A stretch of 64,000 nt of DNA from Plasmodiophora brassicae (taxonomy: Eukaryota), in assembly GCA_036867785.1 (NCBI GenBank), contig CP145424.1, positions 248,001 through 312,000 on the forward strand, in the 5' to 3' direction. The stretch's first letter is position 1. Each line of letters starts with the position of its first letter. Shown here piece by piece: positions 1 through 11,667 of the stretch. Both the position numbers and the translations under genes were made by a program. The notes beneath the pieces are model-generated. The model was not told the DNA's origin, did no database searches, and saw only the letters and a program-made list of their open reading frames with translations.

Positions 1-1138
1 GGTACACAAGCGCCCGTCGTCGGTCCTGATCTGATGGAAAACCGCTGACCGCCCGTATCAGTGCCACGTTCGAATCGAAAACCGAGTTCTCCCAGGAGAA
101 ATGGTTGAGGAAGAAGCGACAGCAGCACATTGTCGAGATTCGCATCCTGCGCCCGACAGCGCTGACCGTATCGCGTATGTACTTGAGCGACGCGAAATCC
201 GATAAGGTCATGGGCATCCGTCCCGACACGCTGGCAATGATCCTTCAGAAGGCGTCCCTGCGGCCCATGTCGCAAGTTCTCGTGCTGGACCAATGCGTTG
301 GCCTCATTGTGGCCTCCGTTGCGGAGCGCCTGGGCGGCTACGGCCGTGTTCTTGCACCGTACTTTACAGGGCCTGGGCCCAATGCCGAATGCGTCAACGC
401 GTTCGGCCTCGACCTATCTATTCAGAACTCGATCGTGCACTTCCCGGCGGCCCTGATGAAAGATGCCTCGATGCAGGACCTGCCTGACGACGACCCTGTT
501 CTCGTCTCCGAATATGTTCACGATGCGTCCAATGTGAACGCGAAAGGGCGTACCAGGTCTGGCATTGGCTCCTCTGTGACCCGAGTCGATGTCTGACTTT
601 GGTATGTGTCGCAGGTATCCTGAAGAGCTGGTTCGGAGATGGCTCGCGAACCAGGTGGAATCAGTCATCATCTGTGCCCGGTTTGACGTGGAATCCGCCA
701 TGTAACGCGCGTACCTGCTGTATTTGGGATGCATCCTCTAAGGTTCGTTGGTCCAGGGACGCATGCCTGCCGATCCTGTGTGGCGGTGGCTCGCTCGTCA
801 TCTACTGCCCGTACCTGGAACCACTGCAGAAGGTCGCTCTCCGGCTTCGACAGTCGAAGCAGGCGATCATGGTCCAGGTGCGACCCCTGTCCCGTTGCAA
901 AGCGGTACCGCGATGAGTATTCATGCCCGCCCTATAGGTGTCGGAGAACTGGTACCGGGAGTACCAAGTGCTGACCAACCGGACGCACCCGACAATGCAG
1001 ATGCATGGCGCCAGCGGTTACATACTATCGGCCATCAAGACTGCCAACCAACTGTCGTCGGGACCGTCGGAGACCCCAGATGAATCTCCCGACGCCAAGA
1101 GGCACAAACCCGACGACATCAATGAACGTGACACCTGA
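1..1138 (+). CDS. TRM6: tRNA (adenine58-N1)-methyltransferase non-catalytic subunit (Gcd10/TRM6), 5' end outside window, intron-containing
   Basis: TFESKTEFSQEKWLRKK, IRPDTLAMILQKASLRP...VLVLDQCVGLIVASVAERLGG and C-terminal LSENWYREYQVLTNRTHPTMQMHGASGYILSAIK match the Gcd10 family. Confidence 0.93.
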
Positions 1139-1400
1139 GCGGAGTGTTTCGGCATTCATTCCCATCCGCCTCGAAACTGTACTGCCTGTTTGCACAGCGG
1201 ATGGCCAGTAGTGGGCCTTGTCAAAAAACGTCATCGTTGCCTCGTTGAAGGACCGCCCAGTGCTGCATTGCTCATCTACACGACTGTAGACGTGTGGGTT
1301 CTGTTGACGAAGGCCAGGCTGTCGCGAACCTGCTTCGTACGGAGGGGCATATACTAACGGGCAACGGCAACCGGCGTGAAGCAATCGAGTATGATGTTGT

Positions 1401-2601
1401 TTACCCTTGGAATGCCGGTGTGCTGGTGCGGGCTTGGAGTCTGGCGCCACTGCCAGCGAATCCGGTCGCGCCCCATTCCACCGATCGCTTGACACGCTCG
1501 CCACAGCTGACACATTTCCGCTCCGGTTTCACCAGCGTCTCGAAGCAGGTCTGGAGCATCAGCGCTGTCAGATTCCTCCCATCGGTCCACGACGAACGAA
1601 CCATGTGACCTTGCAGACAACGTGGCCACATGGGCGCGCCCAGACAGTTCGTATCGTTGGCGTCAGGTTTCGCCGACATGACGGACACATGTACCTGCAG
1701 GAATCGTCGCCCGTCTGCCCCGTATCTAGCATTGCACAACCATTGTCAGGAGGGCAGCAACAGGAGTACGATGAGCATTGCTAGTTGACCTGCGTCGCAC
1801 CGATCTGTAAACCGAACCGGGCACAGATGCGATCGTTTCAGCGGCTTCTGGTCCTGGACGCCCAGCGTTCGTCAGCAAAGCCGGGACCGCCCAGCTGTTC
1901 GATTACCTCGGGGCAGCGCGTAACAGTGTCTGGCCGTTCCAGCGATGTTCGCTGCTCGCGTTCCGGTTCACAACTCATGGCGGCTGCCGGCAGCCAGAAG
2001 GCGCGGAGCGCCGGCTTAGTACCCGACGATTGGTTCGCCTCGTTGTCATCACCGGCACATTCGAGCACCACCAGCGACGAATCCGTCTTCTCGAACCTGG
2101 CCCGCAGGTCAGTGGCTGACCCAACATCCACTGGAACCGCTCGTCGCCCACCTCTCGATGCGAGCGATCTCCTCCTCGGTCCTGGCCTGCGCCTCGCGTG
2201 CCGTCTGCTCTCGCAAATCCCGTTCGTACTTCTCTTGCGCTGCCTGATCGAGACGCATCCGCGTTAGTTCGCCGATGCCGACCCGCCTGGGCACACACAA
2301 CCTTGATGGCCTGTTTCTGGTGCAGGAGGTTCTCATAGATGCACTCCTTGCAGAATACGTGCCCTTCGCCGCAGGCACAAGGGTCTTGCGCCTGACACAC
2401 ACAGACGGGTCATTCGACACGGGCAATTATGCAACAGGGTGCCGGCGGCGGCCGTACCGTCTCCAGGCACAACGAGCACGAGTAGGCGCGCTTCTGACTG
2501 TCGCCATCCAGCCGCGCCGTCACCGTGCCGTACTTCAGCGCCTTTCGCTCGCCGTACGAGAAGAACTGTCTGGCCGTCGCGTTCTTCGAATGACGGGGCA
2601 T
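1401..2601 (-). CDS. NOSIP: Nitric oxide synthase-interacting protein (RING/U-box-like), multi-exon
   Basis: N-term MPRHSKNATARQFFSYGERKALKYGTVTARLDGDSQK, CGEGHVFCKECIYENLLHQK, AFWLP, C-term GATGFAGSGARLQA. Confidence 0.88.
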
Positions 2602-2801
2602 TGTCAGGTTCGCCACGCGGCGTCGCTGGTCGCGCGCGCCGCTGCGTCGATCGCGAACGCCCGCGCACCTTTCGCGTCGATCTGCGCCCGGCGGACGGAC
2701 GAGGGCCGGGCGCGCACGCGACGCCGCCCAGCGCGATATGTGTGTACTGCCCGTCTGTATTATGCACGCTACATAGGTCGGACAGTGCAGCGCAGCGCCG
2801 T

Positions 2802-3375
2802 TCAGGCGGACTGGATCAGCGAGTACGCCAGGCGCGCGGCCGTGATGACACAGTACAGCTCGCCGAAATGGAACGGGCCGCCCCAGGTACGCGACGTCGT
2901 GGCACGCAGGTACCCGATCGCGAACAGAAGGCGGAACGCGAAGATCCAGAGCCCCTGTAGACGCATCGTTACTTGGACGTCCAGCGGCGTCCGTCCGACG
3001 GTCGCCTTACCGCGATGGCCGTGTACACTGGGTTGTACAGGCCAGACAGCAGGAACACGGGAACGAACATGGCCATGAACTCGACTGGACGACGCACGTT
3101 GTGGTCAACGGGGGCGCGATGCGGCGGCGACGGCGGACACGAGACGTACGGTTGTTCTGGTGGATCCGCTGCGCGCGCATGTAACCGTCGACCTGGTCGG
3201 GCGATAGTTTCAGGTCCTTGATCTCGCTGTCGCGCGGGTACAGCGTCGGCGCCTTGATGTGCGTGCGCATGCGGGCGCGGACGACGATGACCACGAATAT
3301 GACCTGCTGCTGCAGGTACAGGAGCAGGGCGGCGGCCACAACCCAGCCGTACTCCCCATCGACGTTCAACTTCAT
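2802..3375 (-). CDS. MAPEG family microsomal glutathione S-transferase, multi-exon
   Basis: YGWVV hydrophobic helix, RAQRIHQNN|VEF, FRLLFAIGY, GPFHFGEL are MAPEG hallmarks. Confidence 0.88.
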
Positions 3376-3624
3376 GGTCACGGCCGATCGATCCCCCTCC
3401 CGTCCCCGGCACCCGAACGCCTCCACAAAAATGCGTCGGTCAGCGCCGTCGAGAAGCGCGCGACTCACGAGGAGGAACAGTCGGGGGCGCGTGAGTGGCG
3501 CACAAAAATACAACAGTGGCGTTGTATTGGAATGGTGCGGCACGTTTTGTTTTGCGGTGTGTCGAACGTTCAGTCAGGGGCGGGCCTTGGCGATGGGCGC
3601 TGGATGGGGACGGGTGAGCGTGTG

Positions 3625-6077
3625 TCAGAAGTGCACGTCCGCCGGTAGACGAGCGCCAATGAGCGTACGCCTGCTGCGTCGGCAGGCGATGACGACGCCG
3701 ATTGCGATGGCGGCGAGGACGGCGACGCCGGCGGCGATGATGGCGGCGATGGTGATGGTCGGCCGTTTCGGCGGTTCCTGTAACAAGCGGCCGATCAGGT
3801 ATCGTCTGCTGCTGGATTGCGGGTGTTTGTGCCTACCGTGACAGTCTGTGGTGCAGTCGTGCGGGATGAACGGGCGCTCGGTTGTGCCGCTGGCCGGCTT
3901 GGCAGGCCCGAGAGCGCCAGGGCGCCAGCCGTGGAGGCAGCGGCCACACCGCCGACAACCATGGCCTTCTGCATGACAGTGGAACGCTGCCACGCCCTTT
4001 TCCCGTTGGCAAGGAAGTCGGGAACCTTGACCTGCTTCTTGATCGGTGCCGCCGGTTTCTTGAAACCCGGCAGGCTCGACCTCCATGGCATCGATCGCCC
4101 AGTCCAGGAATGCGTCTGCGTCAGCGTCTTCAGGTGGGGCGCCACAAGGTACGCCACGATGCCCGCTTTCATGGCGTTCGACTGCTTGGAAATCGTGTTC
4201 TGATTGGCCCGGACGCTTTCTTTGATGCGCTCGGCGTTGGTCTGGATGATGCGCAGTTCGTTTGTCATCTCTGAGGTCGCGTTCTTGATCGCGCCGACCA
4301 TATGGCCCGCCGTTTTCGTGATCTCCTGCTTGCTGGCGCGGACATCGTCGGTGATGCGTCCCGCCATCTTGTTGATGCTGGTCAGCTGCCCAGATATCGT
4401 TCGATTCACGCTCTGGAACGCATTGCCGAGTTCGTTGCTCTTCGTCTCGATCGTTTCTCGGTTGGCAACTTCGATGCGTCCGGCTTCTTTCTTGATGCTG
4501 CTCAGTTCATTTGTTATCTGTGAGGTCGCGTCCTTGATCGCATCGTCCAACCGAGACGCCGTCTTCGCGATCTCCTTCTTGTTGTCGACGACATTGCCGT
4601 CGATACGTCCCGTCACCTTCGTGATACTGCTCAGCCGCCCACATATTGTTCGATTCACACTCTGGATCGCGTTGTGCAATAGTTTGCTCTTGGTTTCGAT
4701 CGCCCGTTGGTTGGCTTCGACTCCGTTTTTGACGTACTCGGTTTCGATCTTGATGCTGTTCACTGCACGTGTCATCTCTGAGGTCGCGTTCTTGATCGAG
4801 CCGTCCAACTGCTTGCGCGTTTCCGTGAACGCCTGATTGCTGCCGGCGACATTGTCGGCGATCGTTTTCGTCATCTCCTTGATGTCGCTCAGTCGCCCAA
4901 GTACTGTTCGATTCACGTCCTGGATCGCAATCTCGAGTTTGTTCCCGATCGTGCCTTGGCTGGCCGTGATCCTTTCCTCGATGCGTTTGGTTTCGGTCTG
5001 GATGCGGCTCAGCTCACGTTTCATCTCTGAGGTCGCATCCTTGATCGAACCGTCCAACTCGTTCGCCCTTTCCATGATTTCCTGCTTGCTGCCGGTGACC
5101 TTGTCGTCGATCCTTTCCGTCATCTCCTTGATGTCGCTCAGTCGCCCAAGTACTGTTCGATTCACGCCCTGGATCGCAATCTCGAGTTTCTTCCCGATCG
5201 TGTCTTGGCTGGCCGTGATGCTTTCCTTGATGAGTCCGGTTTCGGTCTGGATGCGGCTCAGTTCACGTTTCATCTCTGAGGCCGCGTTCGTGATCGAACC
5301 GTCCAACTCGTTCGCCCTTTCCATGATTTCCTTCTTGCTGCCGATGACCTTGTCGTCGATACTTTTCGTCATCGTCTTGATGGCTGTCAGATTCCCATAT
5401 ATCGGTTTATGCAGGGCCGCTATCTGGTGGTAGAGGTTTTCGCTCGCGGTAATGATCATCTGTTGACTGTTCCTGACGCCGTCATTGATGTCCTGGATTG
5501 TGGTATTGATCCTGATGACGTCAGCTCTTGTCGTTCTGACCGCATTCATTGTGACGCGCTGCAACTCTGAACTCCACCGACGTTGGGCGTCTTTGAACCT
5601 CTGGGTTACTGGATCGAGATCTACCGCCACGCCTTCCTCTGCTGCGCCGCCATCCCTCTTTTCCCACAGTCGTCTTCGTTGTTGTACAGTCAGAGCGAGG
5701 TCCTATGACATGAACCGGCGTACGTACCTGTACTGGTCTAACATCTTGAATGGCCTATGCCATACTGGTTTCGCCACTGTGCCATTCAGCTTGCCCTCCT
5801 CTCGTTGTACAAGCACATCCGCCTGGTCGCCAAGTGCCCTCAAGAGTTCCTCGAATGTTTTCGCGTCGCCATCAGGTGGGTGTGAGGCCAACACTGCTGC
5901 AGCCTTATGCACGAGTGTCAAGGCTGCCCTGTCACAGCTGTCAACATCGGCAACGCGCAGGAGATCGGCCGCGTAATCCTGGCATGCTGCGGCCATGCGG
6001 ATGTACGCTTTCTGGTCGACTTCACTCATGGCCACAACGCACGCCCCTGCTAGGGCAAACACTGTCCATGCCAACAT
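3625..6077 (-). CDS. Signal peptide + long coiled-coil repeat + C-terminal TM surface protein (paralog 1), 3 exons
   Basis: MLAWTVFALAGACVVA signal; 611-aa heptad-rich exon with 83-aa repeats; phase-0 intron about 3779-3836 joins a TM exon ITIAAIIAAGVAVLAAIAIGVVIACRRSRR. Confidence 0.8.
4210..5410 (-). repeat. About five coding tandem repeats of about 249 bp (83 aa)
   Basis: Near-identical blocks at 4872 and 5121 (offset 249); recurring VNRT(V/I)xGxL motif. Confidence 0.9.
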
Positions 6078-6187
6078 GCCGCTGCCGAACGTCCTCACAA
6101 TTTCCGAATGAACCGTCCCGCAGACGGATGTCTCGTGTTCCTGGTCCTATTCTAGGTCCACCAATAGTGCACTTGTTTGGTTCGAAG

Positions 6188-6250
6188 GTTGTATTTATAG
6201 GTTCGCCCGTTGTATTTATAGGTTCGCCCGTTGTATTTATAGGTTCGTCG
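6188..6250 (-). promoter_or_regulatory. 21-bp tandem repeat x3 containing TATAAATA on the minus strand
   Basis: gttgtatttataggttcgccc repeated, about 110 bp upstream of ATG 6077. Confidence 0.6.
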
Positions 6251-6523
6251 CCAATGTGTCGGTCCTTCGTTAAGTCGTATAGCACGGGCACTGAGCCCTT
6301 GGCGAACCTAGTGGTGCAAATTGCCGGGGCCGCCGGCGCCAACTGTCCACCCTAGGGGGGAGGGGGGGGGGGGGGTCACTAAATCAGGGACGTCTCCGAC
6401 TATGCAGAGCAAACTGCCCATTGTCGCCTGATGTGCCTACGCATGCCTCTGCTCGTTTACTGGGTGGCGCACCCACGCCCGACATAACGCGGACGGCGCC
6501 AGTACCCCAGTGTCAGGGCGGCA

Positions 6524-7760
6524 TTAGAACAGCATATCGTATCATGTCGGATGGCGCTGCTTGGCGTTTGCTCTGGATGCCATACGAAGCGCGGCGCACG
6601 CGACCAAGAAGGCGGCCTCGAGTATCAGCAGCGGCGCCCAGGTCGTGTGGACCCAGACCCGGGGCTGCTGGCGGGCGGCGACGACAGCGCTGGGCCCCAG
6701 CCACATGGTTCGCTGCGACTGGTGCAGCAGGCGCCCCAGGCCATCGCGCAAGTCAGCCAGCTCGCGCATGATGGCGTACGTCGGGCTTGGGCCTCAGGAT
6801 CTCCCCACCAGATGCACCGGTCGCGACCGGGTCCTCTGCGTCTGGTGCAGTACCTGGACCTCGACGTGCTCGGCTCGCTGCAACGGCCCGCTTCATCATC
6901 GCGCTCATGGTGTCTCGCCAATACAAGGCTGCTCAACGTGACGTCAAGACGGCGTTTTCGACGCGGCACTTGAGGACGACATCCTTGTCGAGCAACCTCA
7001 TGAGGGCACGGCTGATTCCGCTCATCCATCCTGGGTTTGGCGCCTACGCAAGAGCATCTACGGCCCGGCACAAGCCCAGCTCCAGTGGTTCACGCTCCTG
7101 GTTACGACGCTTCTGTGGATACGAGCAGTGCCCACCGGAAAATCGCGCATCTTCATCGTTGTGATCGTCGACGACCTGGCAATCGTCATCAGTTCACCTC
7201 GACTGATGGGCTGGCATCGTCAGCAGTAAATTCAAGACAACCGGACGCGAGACCTTGACCTGGCTTGTCGGTGTCAAGGTCCAGGGCGGTGCACTGGGGA
7301 GGTTACACTGAGCCAAGAGGCGTACGTGAACACCTTGCTGACCCGGTGCACAATGAACAACTGCAAGGGGGTCTCGACGCCAATGGATCCGGGACTAAGA
7401 TTAAACTCATCTACGCTATGAACGCGACCCGTCCAGACATCGTCTATGCTGTCAGCCAACTGGCTAGGTAGGTACAGCATCACCCATTGTAGGGCGGCGA
7501 AGCGCGTCCTACAATATCTGGCAGCAACCAAGACCGTCGGCTCAAAGTTCACCCAGAGCAAAGAGGAGCGCGCTCGGGTTGGGCAGGCTGTCTGGACACA
7601 TGACGATAGACTACAGGATTCGTTTGCATTTTCGACACCAACGCGATGCTTGGGACGTCCACCTTCACTTGGACGGGCCAGTGCCCCTCTATCCACCCGT
7701 GGTGTCGTCGAACGCCGCGTCCATCGTCGCCAGGTGCACCACCCACACGAGCATCCTTCT
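6524..7760 (-). pseudogene. Disrupted copy of the small membrane-protein gene at 10739-11362
   Basis: 6524-6887 and 7657-7790 align to 10735-11119 and 11252-11400; the middle is replaced by copia sequence. Confidence 0.8.
6890..7600 (+). mobile_element. Degenerate Ty1/copia reverse transcriptase fragment
   Basis: YKAAQRDVKTAF, LSQEAYVNTLL..MNNCKGVSTPMDP, LIYAMNATRPDIVYAVSQLAR, HCRAAKRVLQYLAATK in shifting frames; no LTRs seen. Confidence 0.88.
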
Positions 7761-8569
7761 GCCTCGATCGGACGTTGGCGGGCCCATTGCGTAAAATGGT
7801 GGCGGGCGCGGCGACGACGGCGCCGTGCCGCAAGTTGGCCTGCGAGATCCAGGCCTGCCTCGCCCAGCACGGGGTACACGTACGGCCGACCATCGCCCCG
7901 TCCCGATTGACTCACCGCGCCCGGACAGTACCGCGAGGATCGCTGTCGGGACGTCATCCGCCTCTGGAAGGCCTGCATGGCGCGCGCCGACCAACACCAC
8001 CACCAGCAGCACCAGCAGCAGCAGCAGCAGCAGTCGCCGTCATCACCATCACCACCACGTACACAATCGTAATACTGGTGCCCATATGCCGAATCGTCGT
8101 GAGTCATGGCCCCGGGTCCGGATGTTCGACATGTGTCGATGCTCGCCGCCGGCAACAGCACGCCTGGCAAACGCGCGTCGTCGTTGTGCGAACACCATGG
8201 CGACGATCGCGCCAGCAGCAGCAGCAACAGCAGCAGCACCAGGCGTGGAGGCAGCGGCCACACCGCCGACAACCATGGCCTTCTGCATGACGGGTGAACA
8301 CTTCGCCTCGATCGTCCCGAGGGCGGCGACCATGGTCGGGCGCGAAGCGCACCGCTGGTTTGATGGATTGTGCCCAGAGCAACCGGACGCGATCCGGGCG
8401 GCAGTGATCTGTTCATGCACGTACGTGCATCGGCGAGCTGAACTACACGAAACCGCCTAGTATCCAGTACGATCCATCTCATTGGGTCCCCTCGTTGTAT
8501 GCGTGTATTGACCCCCACAGGCGGTGCCGCGTGCGACTCGATGGCCATGTTCTCGGGTTGGGAGGACAA

Positions 8570-10144
8570 TCACAGCTGGAGATCGTCCATCGGTTGCTCG
8601 ACGGCCATGGCGACCGTCTGCTTGCGGCGTCGGCGGTAGCGCGCCCCGGCGACCGACAGCGCGACGACAAGAGCAACGGCGACGCAGGCGATGACGGCGA
8701 TGGTACTGGCGACCGGGGCCGTCCGTTTCTGCGACGACGCGCACGCGTTAGGTACACGTATCCCGCCGTCATTCGACCATAACCCTTACCGTCGTGTTCG
8801 CCTGTGTAGATGCTGGGGACGGGCGAGGACTCGGTTTCTGCACGCGCCAGCTTGGGGGCAGCCCATTGAACGCCATGGCGCCAGCAATCGACGCGGCGGC
8901 AACGCCCCCCGCGAACATCGCCTTCTGCGCAGCAGTCGAACGCTGACGCGTCTTCTTCTCGTTGGCGGCAATCGACGGGGTCTTGACGGCACGCTTCGCG
9001 ATGGCCGCTGTCAGCCACGTCGCCGCCACGTCGGCTTGATGAGTCGGTCCGGCGAGGGAAGCGAGGAGACCAGCGACTTCACTTTCGGTGACGCCAGGTA
9101 CGCCAGAGCGAGGACGTTGATGACGTTCAGGCGCTTGGAAACGCGAATCGCTTGTTCCTGCTGCTGATGCAGCCCGTCGCGCTCGGCCGCGATTTGCTTG
9201 ACGCGAACGTCCATCGGGCGCGTCTCCTGCGTAACGACACTCCTCACGGTTGTGGCCAGTCTTTCAACGATCGCCTGGATCTCCTCGTCGGTTCTGTTGC
9301 TGCTTTGATCAGTCCCTTCGGTAACGGGGGCCCCGGCCTGCCGGGCCTTCGACGGAAGGGCGTGGCTCTCCTTCGTCAAGTTCTTCATTTGCTCAATGAC
9401 CTCCTTCATCTCTTCCAGGCCCAGTTTCACGCCATTGATCTCGTTCTTGACGCTGCCGACACTTTCGTCGTTCCGCCGTGCTTCCTTCTGCATGGTCGCC
9501 AACGCTTCGGAGTGCCTCTCCGCCGAATCGCTCATCTTCCGGACCAAGACGTTAACGTTCTCCAGTCTACCATCCATCGTCTTGGCTGTGACGTCCTGAA
9601 TCTCCTTCTTGGTTGCATTGGCGTATTGCTCGATCCAACTCTTCAACTCCATCGTGGCCTTCCCTCTGCCCACATCGCCGTTGTTCTCGATTTGTTCGAG
9701 GCTGCGTTTCCGATCCTTGCAAAGGGCCAGGGACAGTGCCAACCGACTGCGCACATCGACTACGCCGTTTCTCCGATTGCCTTGCTTCGCAATGTACACG
9801 CCGATCTGCCCAAGTAGTCCATCAGCATCGTAGAACGGGCCGGTCCAGAAACGCGAAGATCGATCGGCCAGAGTGCGTGCTCGGTCCGTGAACCGCTGCG
9901 TATCCTTCTCGGCACTTGTCATGTCCGTCATATCCATAATCGCATTGGCTTGGGTTCTCGTGGTATCCAGCTCTTTGTCGCTGAACAGCTCGCTGGCAGT
10001 ACTGGAGACGTCGGCCAGATAACGAACGCAGTCCACAAGGTCGATGCAGTCTCTGGCGGCTTCGTGGTACACGGCCAGATCAGAATTGGGCGCGCCAATG
10101 GCTCCGCACGCTGCGAGCAGAGCAAGAACGACCCATCTCCCCAT
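8570..10144 (-). CDS. Coiled-coil surface protein paralog 2, frameshifted near 9020 (truncated or pseudogene)
   Basis: Signal MGRWVVLALLAACGAIG; coiled coil; main frame stops at 9011 while the homologous QKAMFAGGVAAAS segment and TM exon (intron about 8729-8789) continue in another frame. Confidence 0.75.
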
Positions 10145-10257
10145 GATGACGACCCCGTACATCATCCAGCTCCACAAATCGGAAATGACGGCGCGGCGTA
10201 CGGATTCCCACCCCAAGTCGTCGGGTTCCAATTACATGCCTGTGCGCACAATTCATC

Positions 10258-10428
10258 GTCGTCGTTGTATTTATAGGCACCGCCGTTGTATTTACAGGTC
10301 CATCGTTATATTTATAGGCTCGTCGTTTTATTTATAGGTTCGTCGTTGTATTTATAGGTTCGTTGTTGTATTGGTTTATAGGTTCGTCGTTGTATCTGCA
10401 GGCTCGTCGTTGCATCGGTTATAGGTCC
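10258..10428 (-). promoter_or_regulatory. About 8 degenerate 20-21 bp repeats containing TATAAATA on the minus strand
   Basis: cgtcgttgtatttataggtt-like units about 115 bp upstream of ATG 10144. Confidence 0.6.
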
Positions 10429-10738
10429 ATCGCTGGATGTGTAGGTCCCTCGTTTCTGTATGCCTCGGTTCGCAGGAGCGTACGACCAACACGGGCGGTG
10501 ATCAACGATTGGCGAACCCAGTGGCGCAGGTTGCCGTCGGCGTCACCGGCGCCAACTGCCCGCCTTTGGCATTTCGGTACATCGGCGACGTCTGGGCCGA
10601 CTGTACAGAGCACACTGCCATCTTCGTTCATTGCCGACTGCAGTGGAAGCGACTGCGCATGCCCTCCTGAATTCGTTTAGTGAGCCGCACGCACGCCCGA
10701 CGTAACGCCGCCGGCGCCACTCCAGTGTCGGGACGGCA

Positions 10739-11362
10739 TTAGAACAGCATCGTGTCCGGTCGATGACGCTGCTTGGTGTTTGCCCTGGACGCCATACGAA
10801 GCGCGGCACACGCGACCAAGAAGGCGGCCTCGAATATCAGCAGCGGCGCCCAGGACGTGTGGACCCAGATCCAGGGGCTGCTGGCGGACGACGATGACGA
10901 CAGCGCTGGGTCCATCCACATGGTTCGCTGCGACTGGTGCAGCAGGCGTCCCAGGCCGTCGCGCAGGTCAGCCAGCTCGCGCGTGATGGCGTCAGCCTTG
11001 GGCCCGGGATCCCCACCAGACGCAGTACGCGACGACTTTGCCCCGGTGGCGACCGCCTCCCACGTCTTCTGCGTCTGGTGCAGCACCTGGGCAGCGACGT
11101 GCTCGGCACGCTGCAACGGCTCCTGTATGGGTCCCTCCAGCACGACCCTCGCGTTGTGCACGATATGCTCGACCAGGTTCTGCTCCAGCTCCCTGAGCGC
11201 CTCCGCCGTCGACCTGGCCGACGCCCTGGCGTGCGTCGCCGACACCAACTGGTCCACCTTCACATGGACGGGCCGGTGCTCCTCTATCCGTCCATGGTGG
11301 TCGAACGCCGCCCCCGTCATCGCCGCGACCGCCGCCACCAGCACCACCACCCACACGATCAT
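10739..11362 (-). CDS. Small type-I membrane/secreted protein with short coiled coil
   Basis: MIVWVVVLVAAVAAMTGA signal, helical middle, WAPLLIFEAAFLVACAAL TM followed by basic tail. Confidence 0.7.
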   Translation of the reverse strand: MIVWVVVLVAAVAAMTGAAFDHHGRIEEHRPVHVKVDQLVSATHARASARSTAEALRELEQNLVEHIVHNARVVLEGPIQEPLQRAEHVAAQVLHQTQKTWEAVATGAKSSRTASGGDPGPKADAITRELADLRDGLGRLLHQSQRTMWMDPALSSSSSASSPWIWVHTSWAPLLIFEAAFLVACAALRMASRANTKQRHRPDTMLF

Positions 11363-11667
11363 CCTTCTGCCTCGATCGGAGGTTGGCGGGCCCATTGCGT
11401 AGAGCGATGGCGCCGACCAACACCATCACCACCACGTACAATGTCGCCCGGTATGGCACAGGGTGCTCTCGCCATCGTATCCGGAAGGCCAGCGACGTGA
11501 GTCATGCCTCCCCGGTCCGGATGTTCGGGATGTGTCGACGCTTGCCACCGGCAACGACACACTTGTCAAACGCGCGTCGTTGTGCGAACACCATGGCGAC
11601 GATCGCGCAGCAGCAGCAGGGACACGCGACGACACCGGCGCCGCCGCCGCCGTTCAGTACCAATCCG

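Noticed and set aside
7274-8569. 431-aa ORF with poly-Cys/Trp
   Set aside because: Crosses CAG/CAC microsatellite, pseudogene and copia pieces; no coherent protein
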